Sequence record: OL436245.1
Length of the DNA: 64,000 nucleotides
Source: Staphylococcus phage vB_SurM-PSU4
Direction: 5' to 3' (one strand)
Shown: positions 40,189 through 49,361 of the stretch, piece after piece
Numbering within the stretch: position 1 is the stretch's first letter
Layout of the letters: the number at the start of each line of letters is the position of its first letter
Position numbers and translations under genes: made by a program
The notes under the pieces: generated by a model
Databases searched by the model: none
The model's input: the letters and a program-made list of their open reading frames with translations, nothing else
What the model was told of the DNA's origin: nothing

Positions 40189-40215
40189 ATATGTAACAGG
40201 GTAGTGGTGTTTTTT
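40167..40215 (+). terminator. Hairpin terminator (10-bp perfect stem acaccactac/gtagtggtgt, 24-nt loop, TTTTT)
   Basis: Perfect inverted repeat followed by a T-run. The large loop carries the promoter's -10 element. Confidence 0.45.
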
Positions 40216-40241
40216 AATATAAAATTAAAGGAGAATTAAAG

Positions 40242-40970
40242 TTGGGTAAAAATAAAACACTGACTATATATAATAGTGATAGGTACTTTAACATTCATAC
40301 AAAGACAAAAGATGAATTCCAAGAGTACATAAAAGTAACTAGACTTAATGAAGATGAAATAGAAAAAGAAATGAATGAATTAGAAAAGAAGTCTAAGAGA
40401 TACAAAGCTAAGACAGATAAGAAGTACATGTTATTTAATGAACAGTATAATAATGATAGGCTTATAGAAAAGATATGTTCACATAGTAGTGGGGTTACAT
40501 TTTATACAGATACAGTTGTTCCTTACTATGTATTTAAACAATTATCTAATAATAAAAACTCTACTGTAGTTTATCAAATGAAAGAAGATTTCACAGATAA
40601 ACAAATTGATAATATATCTTTAAGTTATATGGGTGTGAAAGTAGTTATTGATGTAGCTATTACTTTCCCTTATGTTAACCCCTATCTTATTATTAAAGGT
40701 CTATATAGTTTGAAGATGAGTGTAGATGAGATTCATTTATCATTTCCTAGACTAACAAGTATCCAAGAAGACCAAGAAGAGTATTACTTCTATGATGGGG
40801 AAGGGTATGATGTTAAACCTGATTACAAATATGATTTTACAACTAAACTAAGACTCCCATTATCGGTATGGAAAATGTATCTCTATATAATAACAAACAC
40901 AGATAAAGACTACGAAGATGTAACTAAAATAATTACCAAAGTCAAAAAGGAGAATAATATAACCTCATGA
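40242..40970 (+). CDS. Hypothetical protein, 242 aa
   Basis: TTG start 8 nt after AAAGGAG. Confidence 0.5.
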   Translation: MGKNKTLTIYNSDRYFNIHTKTKDEFQEYIKVTRLNEDEIEKEMNELEKKSKRYKAKTDKKYMLFNEQYNNDRLIEKICSHSSGVTFYTDTVVPYYVFKQLSNNKNSTVVYQMKEDFTDKQIDNISLSYMGVKVVIDVAITFPYVNPYLIIKGLYSLKMSVDEIHLSFPRLTSIQEDQEEYYFYDGEGYDVKPDYKYDFTTKLRLPLSVWKMYLYIITNTDKDYEDVTKIITKVKKENNITS

Positions 40971-41266
40971 TTAACAGAAAAGACTTAGCTAGAAGAATAT
41001 CTGATAAGACAGGTTATTTTATAAGAGATATAGAAGAAATACTAGAAGCCGAAGAAGATAGTATAGCAGAATTTATATCAGAAGGACATAAGAAAATCAA
41101 ACATCATAAACTATTTCAATTAGAGATTAAGACTAGACCAAGTAAGACAGCTTATGATGGATTTAATAAAGAATATTTTGAATTACCAGAGAGAAAATAT
41201 ATAGAATTTAAACCTTTAACACAACTAGAAAAAGCAATAGAAGATTTAAACACAGAAAGCAATTAG
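40967..41266 (+). CDS. HU/IHF-family DNA-binding protein (TF1-like)
   Basis: The C-terminal arm FQLEIKTRPSKTAYDGFNKEYFELPERKYIEFKPLTQL fits the HU beta-arm pattern (GFG.F...R..R.G.NP.T......FK.G..L). Confidence 0.65.
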   Translation: MINRKDLARRISDKTGYFIRDIEEILEAEEDSIAEFISEGHKKIKHHKLFQLEIKTRPSKTAYDGFNKEYFELPERKYIEFKPLTQLEKAIEDLNTESN

Positions 41267-41285
41267 TACTTGCTTTCTTTTTTTA
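41254..41285 (+). terminator. Rho-independent terminator
   Basis: agaaagcaa-ttagtac-ttgctttct followed by a 7-T run. Confidence 0.55.
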
Positions 41286-41298
41286 TTTATGCTATACT
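41270..41298 (+). promoter_or_regulatory. Promoter TTGCTT-17-TGcTATACT overlapping the terminator's 3' arm
   Basis: The -35 lies within the 3' arm of the hairpin. Extended -10 at 41290-41298. Confidence 0.4.
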
Positions 41299-41331
41299 AT
41301 ATACATAACGAATAAAAGGAGGATAAAAGAA

Positions 41332-41610
41332 ATGAAAATAACAGTACAGGATTTATTTGACAAGTATGACTTAGAGAGATACCTAAGAACAACAACAGAG
41401 GTAAATATTCAGAATGAAACAATCGAAGAAAGGGTTGCTGAGGAGGTTGATTATGCTTTCAATACACAGAATCTTAACAGAAAGGATTTAGTAAATAATA
41501 TCACTTCAACTGTGTTAGAATACTTAGAGGGAAAAAGTGATGTTACAAAAGGACATATAACTTTAGATGACTTTGCTAACCATGATACAATTGAAATTGA
41601 GGAGGAATAA
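41332..41610 (+). CDS. Small acidic protein, 92 aa
   Basis: AAAAGGAGG RBS. Confidence 0.5.
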   Translation: MKITVQDLFDKYDLERYLRTTTEVNIQNETIEERVAEEVDYAFNTQNLNRKDLVNNITSTVLEYLEGKSDVTKGHITLDDFANHDTIEIEEE

Positions 41611-41612
41611 CT

Positions 41613-44600
41613 TTGAAAGTTTTATTTTTATTAGATTTCATAAGGGTAGACCATTACGACAATAATGGACATTGGAAATACTTGCAAACACAGAATGGTA
41701 AAACATTTAAACAAGTTATAGAATCAACAACAAGTTTAAGAAGAGAAGGACAACGTAAAGATTATGTATTTGACTACGTATATAATCAAATTCCTCAACC
41801 TATTTACAATAACTATGGTAAGGTTATTAAATATGAAGACGTAAAGCTAACAGAAGCTAAACCTTTCATGGAAGAACTTAAAGCTAGAATAGAAGAAATC
41901 AAACCAGATATTATAGTACCTACAGGTAAGTTAGGTATTAAGATGTTATTGAATGTAACTAAGTTAGGTTCTGTTAGAGGGGTTCCTAAAAAGGTAGATA
42001 TAGGGGAGGTTTCTACTTGGGTATTACCGACATATAGTATTGAATATACAAATGTAAATAAAAACAGTGAAAGACAAGTCTTAGCTGATATGGATATATT
42101 AGAAAGATATGTACAAAACGGTGAAGAAGTCTTTAAACCTAAAGAAGTTAAATATGAGTTTGTAGATAATATTGAAAGAGTAAGAGAAATATTTACTAAA
42201 GAAGTTAAGCAAGATGAGAATGATGGTGTAGATATAACTGCATGGGATTTAGAAACCAATTCATTAAGACCAGACTTAGAAGGAAGTAAAGCTCTAGTAG
42301 CATCTCTAAGTTGGAAGAATGGTCAAGGAGTAACAATACCTTTATACAAATCAGATTTTGAGTGGGCTAATGGACAACAAGATATTGATGAAGTGTTAAG
42401 TTTAATGAAAGAATGGTTAGCTGATAAAGAAGATGTAAAAGTTGGACACAACATAGGTTATGATGAGAATTTCTTAATGTCTACAGAAAATATACAAGAG
42501 TATGAAAATGTAGAAGACACTAAAGTGGGTTGGTATTTAGCAGTATCTCAAGAAGCTAGTGAGTCTTTAAGACTTACAAATTTAGCTTATGAAGCCACTG
42601 ATATGGGTGGGTATGATGAACCATTAGAAAACTTTAAAGTATGGTTTGTTACAAAACTATTAAAAGATTTAGATAAAGAAATGAAAGAGATACAAAAAGA
42701 AAATAAGAAGATAGCTAAAAAAGAATATGGTATTAAAGCAAATGAATATAAGAAGTGGATAGAAGACAATATCGATTTCACTAAAGATTTAGAAGAACAA
42801 TACACTAACTTAAAGCTTAATCCAGAAGTTATAACAAAAGAACATATTAATGACAAAGTATTAGAAGAATCTGAAGAATATGTGAACTTATCTGATAAAG
42901 GTAAAGTATATACCCTAGAAACAGCTATTAGTTTGATTAATAAATTCAGAGAACAGAAGAATGTTGTTAATGAAGTAGATGGAGGTAAGTTTAGTTACGA
43001 CTGGTTCCCTATAGAACTAATGCACCCTTATGCTAGTGGAGATGTTGATGTATGTCGAAGAATTTATTGTGAAGTATTAAGAAAGCTAGAGAAACAAGAC
43101 AGACCTAAAGCTCTTAGACTTCTAAAGGAAGATTACCCAAGACTAACAAGAACATTAGCTAGAATACAAAGCAATGGTTTCCATATGGATAAAGATTATA
43201 TGAAAAAGAATGATGAAGCTTATAGAGAAGAGATGGAAAAAACTCATGAAGAAATGAGAAAACATTGGTCAGTTATTGAGTTTGAAGAAATAAGATATAA
43301 TCTCTTTGAAAAAGGTTTAGAAGAATTTGAAAACAAACCACCTAAAGATAGAGACAAAGAGTTAGCTGAGTATAGAACGAAGTTTAAAGATGGTGGTTGG
43401 AAGTTTAGCCCAAGTTCAGGAGAACATAAAGGTGAAATATTATATGACATTTTAGGTATATCATTACCTTATGATAAACAGTATGTAAAAGATAAACCTT
43501 TCAATGCAAATATTCCTGAGAGTGAATTAACGTGGAAAGACTATAGAACAAATAAAGATGCTATAGACTATGCTTTAGATAAAGAAGAAAACGAAAGTAC
43601 TAAAGAACTTTTAGAACTAATGCAATACTATGCAACTTTACAAACTAAGAGAACTGGGTTTACTTATAAATTACCTAGAATTATAAATAAAGAAACAGGT
43701 AATTTACATCCTGGGTATAACATCACAGGAACAGAAACTTCTAGGTTAAGTAGTAGTAATCCTAACATCCAACAAATTCCTGCACATACAAGTGATGTAG
43801 ATAAATTTGACTATAAACATCCTATTAAGTCTTCTTTTATTTCCAGACATAAGGATGGTGTTATTCTTCAATTTGACTATTCAGCCCTAGAGATGCGTAT
43901 TATGGGAGCTTACACAAAAGACGAACATATGCTTCAAGCTTTCTTAGACGGTGAGGATTTCCATAAATCTACTGCAAGTATTGTTTATGGTAAACCTATA
44001 AGTGAAGTAACTTCAGAAGAGAGACAAGCTACAAAAGCTGTAAACTTCGGTATTGCCTATGGACAATCTTCATCCACTCTAGCAAATAATTTAGGTATAT
44101 CTAAAGAAGAAGGGGAAGAAATATTTAATAAATATTATGCTACTAAACCTAAGGTTAAAGACTCTATAGACTATGTTCATAATTTTGTTCAGGAAAATGG
44201 TTATGTAGAAACAATGAGCGGACATAGAAGATTTTTAGCAGATGCTCAAAGTATGGATAAGAAAAAGAGAAGTGAAGCTTTGAGACAATCATATAATACA
44301 GTTATACAAGGGTCAGGGTCTTATTTAACAAATATGGCTTTAACCTATATAGATGATTATATACAAGGAAAAAACATGAAAAGTGATATTGTAGCTACAG
44401 TACATGATAGTATCGTACTAGATTGTCCACCTGAAGAGGTTAGTATTATGTATAAAGTTGTAAAGACTATAATGGAGAATCTACCTTTTGATTTCTTAAA
44501 GGTAGAATACAAGGGAGAAAATATACAATACCCTATAGCATCTGATGCTGAAATAGGTTTTAACTATAATGATGCTGTTGAATATGATGAAGAAGAAGTA

Positions 44601-44753
44601 AAAGAATTTAATTCTTTTAAAGGTTATATTAATTATTATTTATCTTTACAGAAACTTAAAGATTACTTTGAATCTAAGAAGATTAATGAAGAGCAATATA
44701 AAGAAGCAATTAGGCAAGTGGAAGAACAGAAACATTTATATCAAGAAATGTAA
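41613..44753 (+). CDS. DNA polymerase I-type (family A) with N-terminal 3'-5' exonuclease, uninterrupted 1046 aa
   Basis: TTG start after GAGGAGG. Motif A DYSALEMRIM, motif B RQATKAVNFGIAYGQ and motif C VHDSIVLD are present. N-terminal exonuclease region is present. No intron or intein disruption. Confidence 0.9.
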   Translation: MKVLFLLDFIRVDHYDNNGHWKYLQTQNGKTFKQVIESTTSLRREGQRKDYVFDYVYNQIPQPIYNNYGKVIKYEDVKLTEAKPFMEELKARIEEIKPDIIVPTGKLGIKMLLNVTKLGSVRGVPKKVDIGEVSTWVLPTYSIEYTNVNKNSERQVLADMDILERYVQNGEEVFKPKEVKYEFVDNIERVREIFTKEVKQDENDGVDITAWDLETNSLRPDLEGSKALVASLSWKNGQGVTIPLYKSDFEWANGQQDIDEVLSLMKEWLADKEDVKVGHNIGYDENFLMSTENIQEYENVEDTKVGWYLAVSQEASESLRLTNLAYEATDMGGYDEPLENFKVWFVTKLLKDLDKEMKEIQKENKKIAKKEYGIKANEYKKWIEDNIDFTKDLEEQYTNLKLNPEVITKEHINDKVLEESEEYVNLSDKGKVYTLETAISLINKFREQKNVVNEVDGGKFSYDWFPIELMHPYASGDVDVCRRIYCEVLRKLEKQDRPKALRLLKEDYPRLTRTLARIQSNGFHMDKDYMKKNDEAYREEMEKTHEEMRKHWSVIEFEEIRYNLFEKGLEEFENKPPKDRDKELAEYRTKFKDGGWKFSPSSGEHKGEILYDILGISLPYDKQYVKDKPFNANIPESELTWKDYRTNKDAIDYALDKEENESTKELLELMQYYATLQTKRTGFTYKLPRIINKETGNLHPGYNITGTETSRLSSSNPNIQQIPAHTSDVDKFDYKHPIKSSFISRHKDGVILQFDYSALEMRIMGAYTKDEHMLQAFLDGEDFHKSTASIVYGKPISEVTSEERQATKAVNFGIAYGQSSSTLANNLGISKEEGEEIFNKYYATKPKVKDSIDYVHNFVQENGYVETMSGHRRFLADAQSMDKKKRSEALRQSYNTVIQGSGSYLTNMALTYIDDYIQGKNMKSDIVATVHDSIVLDCPPEEVSIMYKVVKTIMENLPFDFLKVEYKGENIQYPIASDAEIGFNYNDAVEYDEEEVKEFNSFKGYINYYLSLQKLKDYFESKKINEEQYKEAIRQVEEQKHLYQEM

Positions 44754-44764
44754 AAAAAAAGTTT

Positions 44765-44793
44765 AGGAAACCTATTGACTTAGGTTTCCTTTT
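44765..44793 (+). terminator. Rho-independent terminator (10-bp perfect stem, 6-nt loop ttgact, T-run; A-run upstream)
   Basis: aggaaaccta / taggtttcct perfect inverted repeat. Confidence 0.6.
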
Positions 44794-44803
44794 ATTATAT
44801 ACT
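44775..44803 (+). promoter_or_regulatory. Promoter TTGACT-17-TATACT embedded in the terminator
   Basis: The -35 is the hairpin loop itself. The -10 is at 44798-44803. Confidence 0.5.
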
Positions 44804-44832
44804 TGTATTAGAAATAAAGAGGAGGAGATAAC

Positions 44833-45195
44833 ATGATTGATTTATTAGAAAAATATTTTTTGTCTAAAGAAAACAAAGAAAAATTAACAATCGGAATATT
44901 TGAATTATATAACGTGAGAAAAAAAATGGAAGTTATAGACTTTCATGTATCTATACCATACTTGTATATGGGATTTGCAGACAATACTCCAGGAAGTTTA
45001 AGAAAAGTAGATATAGATGTTTACCATATAAGTGATTATAATTTTGTAGTGAATAGTAAAGAACTAAGAGGACTTAAAGAGTTAGTAGAATATATTAAAG
45101 AAGAAGTTAAAAAAGAATCAGATTATATATTAAATGAACGTAAACAAGAAGAAGAATTCTTTGAAACTCTTAATACTATATTGGAGGAATTATAA
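44833..45195 (+). CDS. Hypothetical protein, 120 aa
   Basis: AGAGGAGGAG RBS. Confidence 0.5.
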   Translation: MIDLLEKYFLSKENKEKLTIGIFELYNVRKKMEVIDFHVSIPYLYMGFADNTPGSLRKVDIDVYHISDYNFVVNSKELRGLKELVEYIKEEVKKESDYILNERKQEEEFFETLNTILEEL

Positions 45196-45707
45196 TGATT
45201 AACTTTGAAGATTTAAAGGTATATGGTAATGAATTGCTCATTACGAGCCCATTCAGAGACTTTGAGAGACTTGTTGTTAGGCAAAAAGAAAATGAAGAAC
45301 CTAAACCAATTGTAGATAAAGTTCATGAGATTTGGGAGGATTATGAAGATGAATTTTATCCATTCCAAGTTTACGTACTTGTTAATTTAGATATGAAAGG
45401 GTATAAAGATTATACAATACTACCTATCTATGTAGGTTGGGCAAGTTATGTTTCCGTTCCTAAACGAAAACTAGAATTAGAATCAAATGAAAATATTAAT
45501 AAATCTATATTAACAACACTTAAGGGTTATGTAGAAGAATTCAATGAAAATGAAAAGAAAAGGGATTTGGATTATCGTAGATACTATGACTCAAGTAATA
45601 TAGAAGCTAAACTTTACAGAGATATTGATGCAGAACTTACCTTAACTTGGGAACACGAAGATAAAGAATATAAAGATTTTATTAAAGAATGGAGAAAATT
45701 TGATTAA
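45195..45707 (+). CDS. Hypothetical protein, 170 aa
   Basis: ATAATG overlap; GGAGGA RBS. Confidence 0.5.
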   Translation: MINFEDLKVYGNELLITSPFRDFERLVVRQKENEEPKPIVDKVHEIWEDYEDEFYPFQVYVLVNLDMKGYKDYTILPIYVGWASYVSVPKRKLELESNENINKSILTTLKGYVEEFNENEKKRDLDYRRYYDSSNIEAKLYRDIDAELTLTWEHEDKEYKDFIKEWRKFD

Positions 45708-45719
45708 GGGGAGATATAA

Positions 45720-45848
45720 ATGAATAAATACGATACAGATTATCAAGAAGCACTAATCAAAGAGAATGAGGAACTAAGAAAAGAAAACAAAGAGCTTAAA
45801 GCTCAAATTGAAGAACTAAGTAGATTTTCAGAAGAAGGTGGAAAATAA
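45720..45848 (+). CDS. Small ORF, 42 aa, leucine-zipper-like peptide; not in the ORF track
   Basis: ATG 4 nt after GGGGAG. Translation is MNKYDTDYQEALIKENEELRKENKELKAQIEELSRFSEEGGK. Confidence 0.3.
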   Translation: MNKYDTDYQEALIKENEELRKENKELKAQIEELSRFSEEGGK

Positions 45849-45861
45849 TTTAAAATAATGA

Positions 45862-45890
45862 TTGACATTACTTTTGAGTCGTGATACAAT
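45862..45890 (+). promoter_or_regulatory. Promoter TTGACA-17-TGaTACAAT
   Basis: Consensus -35 and extended -10, directly upstream of the acidic 83-aa gene. Confidence 0.55.
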
Positions 45891-45919
45891 TAGTATATAA
45901 AATTAAAGGAGAGATTTAA

Positions 45920-46171
45920 ATGATTACAGAAAAACAAAACCGTATTATTGAAGTATTAGAAAACGAAGGATTAGAAGTAGATGGAAGTCAAGGGTATTAT
46001 ATTGTTGAGGATTCGGAAGGACATTCAATTACAATGGATTTTGTAGAAGATTATTACGCAGAGATTTTAGATAATGATTTAATAAAAACAACAGTTAGTT
46101 TAGACCAAGAACACTTAATATTAACAGAAGTATTAGATGCTTTAGACTACGACTTTGAGGAGGTTTTATAA
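45920..46171 (+). CDS. Small highly acidic protein, 83 aa
   Basis: AAAGGAGAG RBS. Asp/Glu-rich throughout. Confidence 0.5.
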   Translation: MITEKQNRIIEVLENEGLEVDGSQGYYIVEDSEGHSITMDFVEDYYAEILDNDLIKTTVSLDQEHLILTEVLDALDYDFEEVL

Positions 46172-46249
46172 TGGTACTTTTAGATTTTTTATTTGATGAA
46201 TATGGTGAAGTTGAAAAATAAATATATATATCTAAGTATAGGAGGAATT

Positions 46250-47392
46250 ATGAAAGAACTAGAGACATGGTTAACACCTATAGATACTTATTACAAACAA
46301 AAAAGGTATGGTAGGGTAAAATATGTTAAATGTGTTTGTAAATGTGGAAATATTAAAGAAATAAGTTACACAAATTATAAAAACGGAAATACAAGAAGCT
46401 GTGGTTGTTACAGTAAATTTAAACTTAAAGATAAGTATGGATATAAAAATCGTAAACAAGGATGTTTAAATATAATAAATATAGGAGGGGAAGTATATTA
46501 TCCTTTATTTGAGTTTTATGGTTATTATGTAAATACAAACGGAAATGTCTATAGTGCTAAAACAGATAAAATATTAAAACAGGATACATCTAAAAAAGGT
46601 TATCGTTCTGTAGGTTTGTATAATAATATAGGAAGAGCTACTAGACAAAGAGTTCATAGAATAGTTGCGAGTGTTTTTATTATTAATAATCATAACTTAC
46701 CTCAAGTTAATCATAAGGATGGGGATAAAGAAAATAATCATGCCAGTAATCTTGAATGGTGTACTAGTCAATACAACTCTAAGCACGCTTGGGATACAGG
46801 GTTAAATAAACCAAGAAGAGGAGAAAAATCTTCAGTAAATAAATTGTCTGAAAAAGAAGTTGTAGAAATTTATAAAAGTAATAAAACAACTAAAGAGCTA
46901 TCGGAAATTTTTAATATAAGTCCTAGAACTATACGAGATATTAAACGAGATAAGACTTGGACAGACACTACAAAAAACCTTAAAAAAGGAAAGCAACCAG
47001 AGAATAAGAAGTTTTCTGAACCAGATATTGTTCATATTTACACTTCTGATGAGACTAGTAAAAATTTATCGATACTTTATGATTGCCCTGAACCTACTAT
47101 TAAAAGTATTCTAAGCGGTAAGTCTTATAAAGATGTAACTAGAAATTTAAAAAAAGGTAAAAATCCTAACAGATTAACAAAAGAGGAAGTTGAATATATT
47201 TATTTAACTAAGTATACTTACAAAGAATTGAAAAATAAGATAAATGTATCAGAGCCTGTAGTATCTTCAATAAGAAATAATAAAAGTTATACCAAAATAA
47301 CTAAATATTTACAAGGTAAATCAGAAGAAGATATTGAAAGAGAATACGAAATTAGTCAAGAGGCTGGCGATGATTATATAGGAGGACTATAA
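46250..47392 (+). CDS. Freestanding HNH homing-endonuclease-like protein with N-terminal Cys cluster and three C-terminal NUMOD-like DNA-binding repeats
   Basis: ATG 4 nt after AGGAGG. HNH motif NHKDGDKENNHASNLEW. Zn module CVCKCGN...RSCGC. Three repeats of the K-E-L-S...T-I...K-x-W pattern. Confidence 0.7.
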   Translation: MKELETWLTPIDTYYKQKRYGRVKYVKCVCKCGNIKEISYTNYKNGNTRSCGCYSKFKLKDKYGYKNRKQGCLNIINIGGEVYYPLFEFYGYYVNTNGNVYSAKTDKILKQDTSKKGYRSVGLYNNIGRATRQRVHRIVASVFIINNHNLPQVNHKDGDKENNHASNLEWCTSQYNSKHAWDTGLNKPRRGEKSSVNKLSEKEVVEIYKSNKTTKELSEIFNISPRTIRDIKRDKTWTDTTKNLKKGKQPENKKFSEPDIVHIYTSDETSKNLSILYDCPEPTIKSILSGKSYKDVTRNLKKGKNPNRLTKEEVEYIYLTKYTYKELKNKINVSEPVVSSIRNNKSYTKITKYLQGKSEEDIEREYEISQEAGDDYIGGL

Positions 47393-47617
47393 ATGAATTA
47401 CTTAGCTAATGTATTTTTAAATAGTAACTGGTTTATTAAAATGGTAACGATTGTATTACTTACAATTGTATTATGTGGTTTAGTGTATGTAGTAAGTGCT
47501 TTATCATTATTCTTATCTACAGTACTAAACCTACCAGGTTTAATTGTACTAGCATTTTTAGCTAGTGTGAGTATTATTCTTTTAGCAATTGTAAATAATT
47601 CTAAGGAGGAAAAATAA
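47393..47617 (+). CDS. Small membrane protein, 74 aa, 2 predicted TM helices
   Basis: GGAGGA RBS; hydrophobic throughout. Confidence 0.45.
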   Translation: MNYLANVFLNSNWFIKMVTIVLLTIVLCGLVYVVSALSLFLSTVLNLPGLIVLAFLASVSIILLAIVNNSKEEK

Positions 47618-47796
47618 TGACAGTAGCTTTTATGTTTTTGATTGCTTTATTTGTATTCCAATTAGTATATAGTTTTCTTTCTATTAAAGAAGCTAAAAAC
47701 GGAAATGAAATTACAAGTAGTATGTATTTAACTCAATCAGTAGTATGTATGGTTGGAGTATTAATTATAGGTTCTATGATAACATTATTAAGTTAA
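47617..47796 (+). CDS. Small membrane protein, 59 aa, 2 TM helices; not in the ORF track
   Basis: The ATG overlaps the previous stop (TAATG) and is preceded by AAGGAGG. Translation begins MTVAFMFLIALFVFQLVYSF... Confidence 0.35.
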   Translation: MTVAFMFLIALFVFQLVYSFLSIKEAKNGNEITSSMYLTQSVVCMVGVLIIGSMITLLS

Positions 47797-47810
47797 AAGG
47801 AGAAAAGATA

Positions 47811-48410
47811 ATGGTAAATTACATTGAAGATAAAGTTTGTTATTTAGGAGGGCATATACTTTCTCAGGGAATGGTAGAGTATCGTGAAAAACAACATAAA
47901 CAAGTAGAAGGCATTGTAGGAGTAACTCCTTATAGTCCTCATAAAGATAAATCAATTAATGATAAAGCTAACGCAGAACAAACTAAGTTAGCGGAACGCA
48001 TCTTAAGTAACGATTTTAAAGCTATGCAAGAATCAGATATTTTTGTATTTGATATTCTTAATGAAGGATTAGGGACAATTGCAGAGCTAGGTATCTTATT
48101 AGGTATGAAACACCAAGCACAACAAACTATCAATAAAGCTAAGCATACTGTAGATAATAATAGTGTTATATCTGACGAACATCTTAATGATGCTTATAGA
48201 TTAGCTGTAGATATTGTAAATAAACCTGTTTTAATTTATTGTTCAGATATTCGTCAAGGGCATGGTAAACCTTACAATGACCCTGATAGAGCTGAATTTA
48301 GTACGAACCAATTTATCTATGGCATGATTTTGTCATTGACCAATGGAGAGGGATTTATCTCTTGGGAAGAAGTTTTAAAGAGATTAGAAAAATTAGGGAG
48401 TAATGCGTAA
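47811..48410 (+). CDS. Nucleoside 2-deoxyribosyltransferase-like protein
   Basis: The ATG at 47811 has AAAGGAG upstream; the track's 47745 start is in frame upstream. Motifs YLGGHIL and DILNEGLGTIAELGILLG resemble the NDT family (PF05014) signature. Confidence 0.55.
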   Translation: MVNYIEDKVCYLGGHILSQGMVEYREKQHKQVEGIVGVTPYSPHKDKSINDKANAEQTKLAERILSNDFKAMQESDIFVFDILNEGLGTIAELGILLGMKHQAQQTINKAKHTVDNNSVISDEHLNDAYRLAVDIVNKPVLIYCSDIRQGHGKPYNDPDRAEFSTNQFIYGMILSLTNGEGFISWEEVLKRLEKLGSNA

Positions 48411-48718
48411 TGGCAAGAGAACAAGAACCTAGAGTGTTTTCTAAGTTATCGAAAAAATCAAGGATAGATTATCTTGAAAAACATAATATTGATATGTACA
48501 AATTTTTAGAATTGGAAAGTAAAGGAAAAATAGGGTATGAACTTGTTATAGAACATACTAATAAATTAGATAATAGTAATAGTGAGCTAATTATCACAGG
48601 AGAACATTCTTCATTAATTATAAGTAGTGATATAATCTTTAATGGAATACTGGAAGATACAATAGAAACGAAATACCATAGTTTAAAAATAAAAGAAGTA
48701 AGGATTAAAGAACAATGA
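48410..48718 (+). CDS. Hypothetical protein, 102 aa
   Basis: TAATG overlap with the upstream gene. Confidence 0.45.
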   Translation: MAREQEPRVFSKLSKKSRIDYLEKHNIDMYKFLELESKGKIGYELVIEHTNKLDNSNSELIITGEHSSLIISSDIIFNGILEDTIETKYHSLKIKEVRIKEQ

Positions 48719-49308
48719 ACATAGAAGCACTAGCATGGATATTATTCTTTTTATCTGGGATACTATACATTGTAGGCTATCTTCCTGGATTAAGAGCTAT
48801 GTATATAGATAAGAGTGTAGAAGGAGTATCACAATTCTTTTGGGAACTGGTATTAACTACAGTTTCATTTAGTTTCTACACTTTAATTATCACAGGAGCA
48901 GATATTGTAAATATTGTTGTAGTAGGTTGTAATATGTTTTTAGCTTTAATTATGTTAGCTTGGAAGAATATATTAAGATACCAAGCAATCGGAATATTAT
49001 ATACAATACTATATATAGTAATAAACTTAATGGTTTACTTTGTATTTGATATTTCACTAAGCAGCTTACAGTCTATAGCGACAATAACAATTATTTTAGC
49101 ATATGTAGACCAGATAATTAGATTTGTAGTAAGGAAAACAGCAGTAGGTACAAGCCCTTTACTATACTTTATTTTAGGAATGGCTATACTATTTTTAATA
49201 CTTAATTTGTTATTGACAAATGCTTATATACATGTTATAATAACAGAAGTAGTTAACCTAATCTTAATTATAATATGTTTCTTTATGTGTATGAAATATC
49301 GAGCTTGA
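48715..49308 (+). CDS. Polytopic membrane protein, about 6 TM helices
   Basis: Hydrophobic throughout; overlaps the upstream gene by 4 nt. Confidence 0.5.
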   Translation: MNIEALAWILFFLSGILYIVGYLPGLRAMYIDKSVEGVSQFFWELVLTTVSFSFYTLIITGADIVNIVVVGCNMFLALIMLAWKNILRYQAIGILYTILYIVINLMVYFVFDISLSSLQSIATITIILAYVDQIIRFVVRKTAVGTSPLLYFILGMAILFLILNLLLTNAYIHVIITEVVNLILIIICFFMCMKYRA

Positions 49309-49333
49309 CAAGAATGGAAACAGATGTTATAAT
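49305..49333 (+). promoter_or_regulatory. Strong promoter TTGACA-17-TGtTATAAT
   Basis: Consensus elements with exact 17-bp spacing. Overlaps the stop codon of the membrane protein gene. Confidence 0.6.
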
Positions 49334-49361
49334 AGTTAGGTAACTGGAAAGGAGGAATTTG

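Noticed and set aside
41613-44753. Looked for a group I intron or intein interrupting the DNA polymerase gene, as in some relatives
   Set aside because: A single uninterrupted 1046-aa ORF carries exonuclease motifs and polymerase motifs A, B and C in order. There is no insertion.
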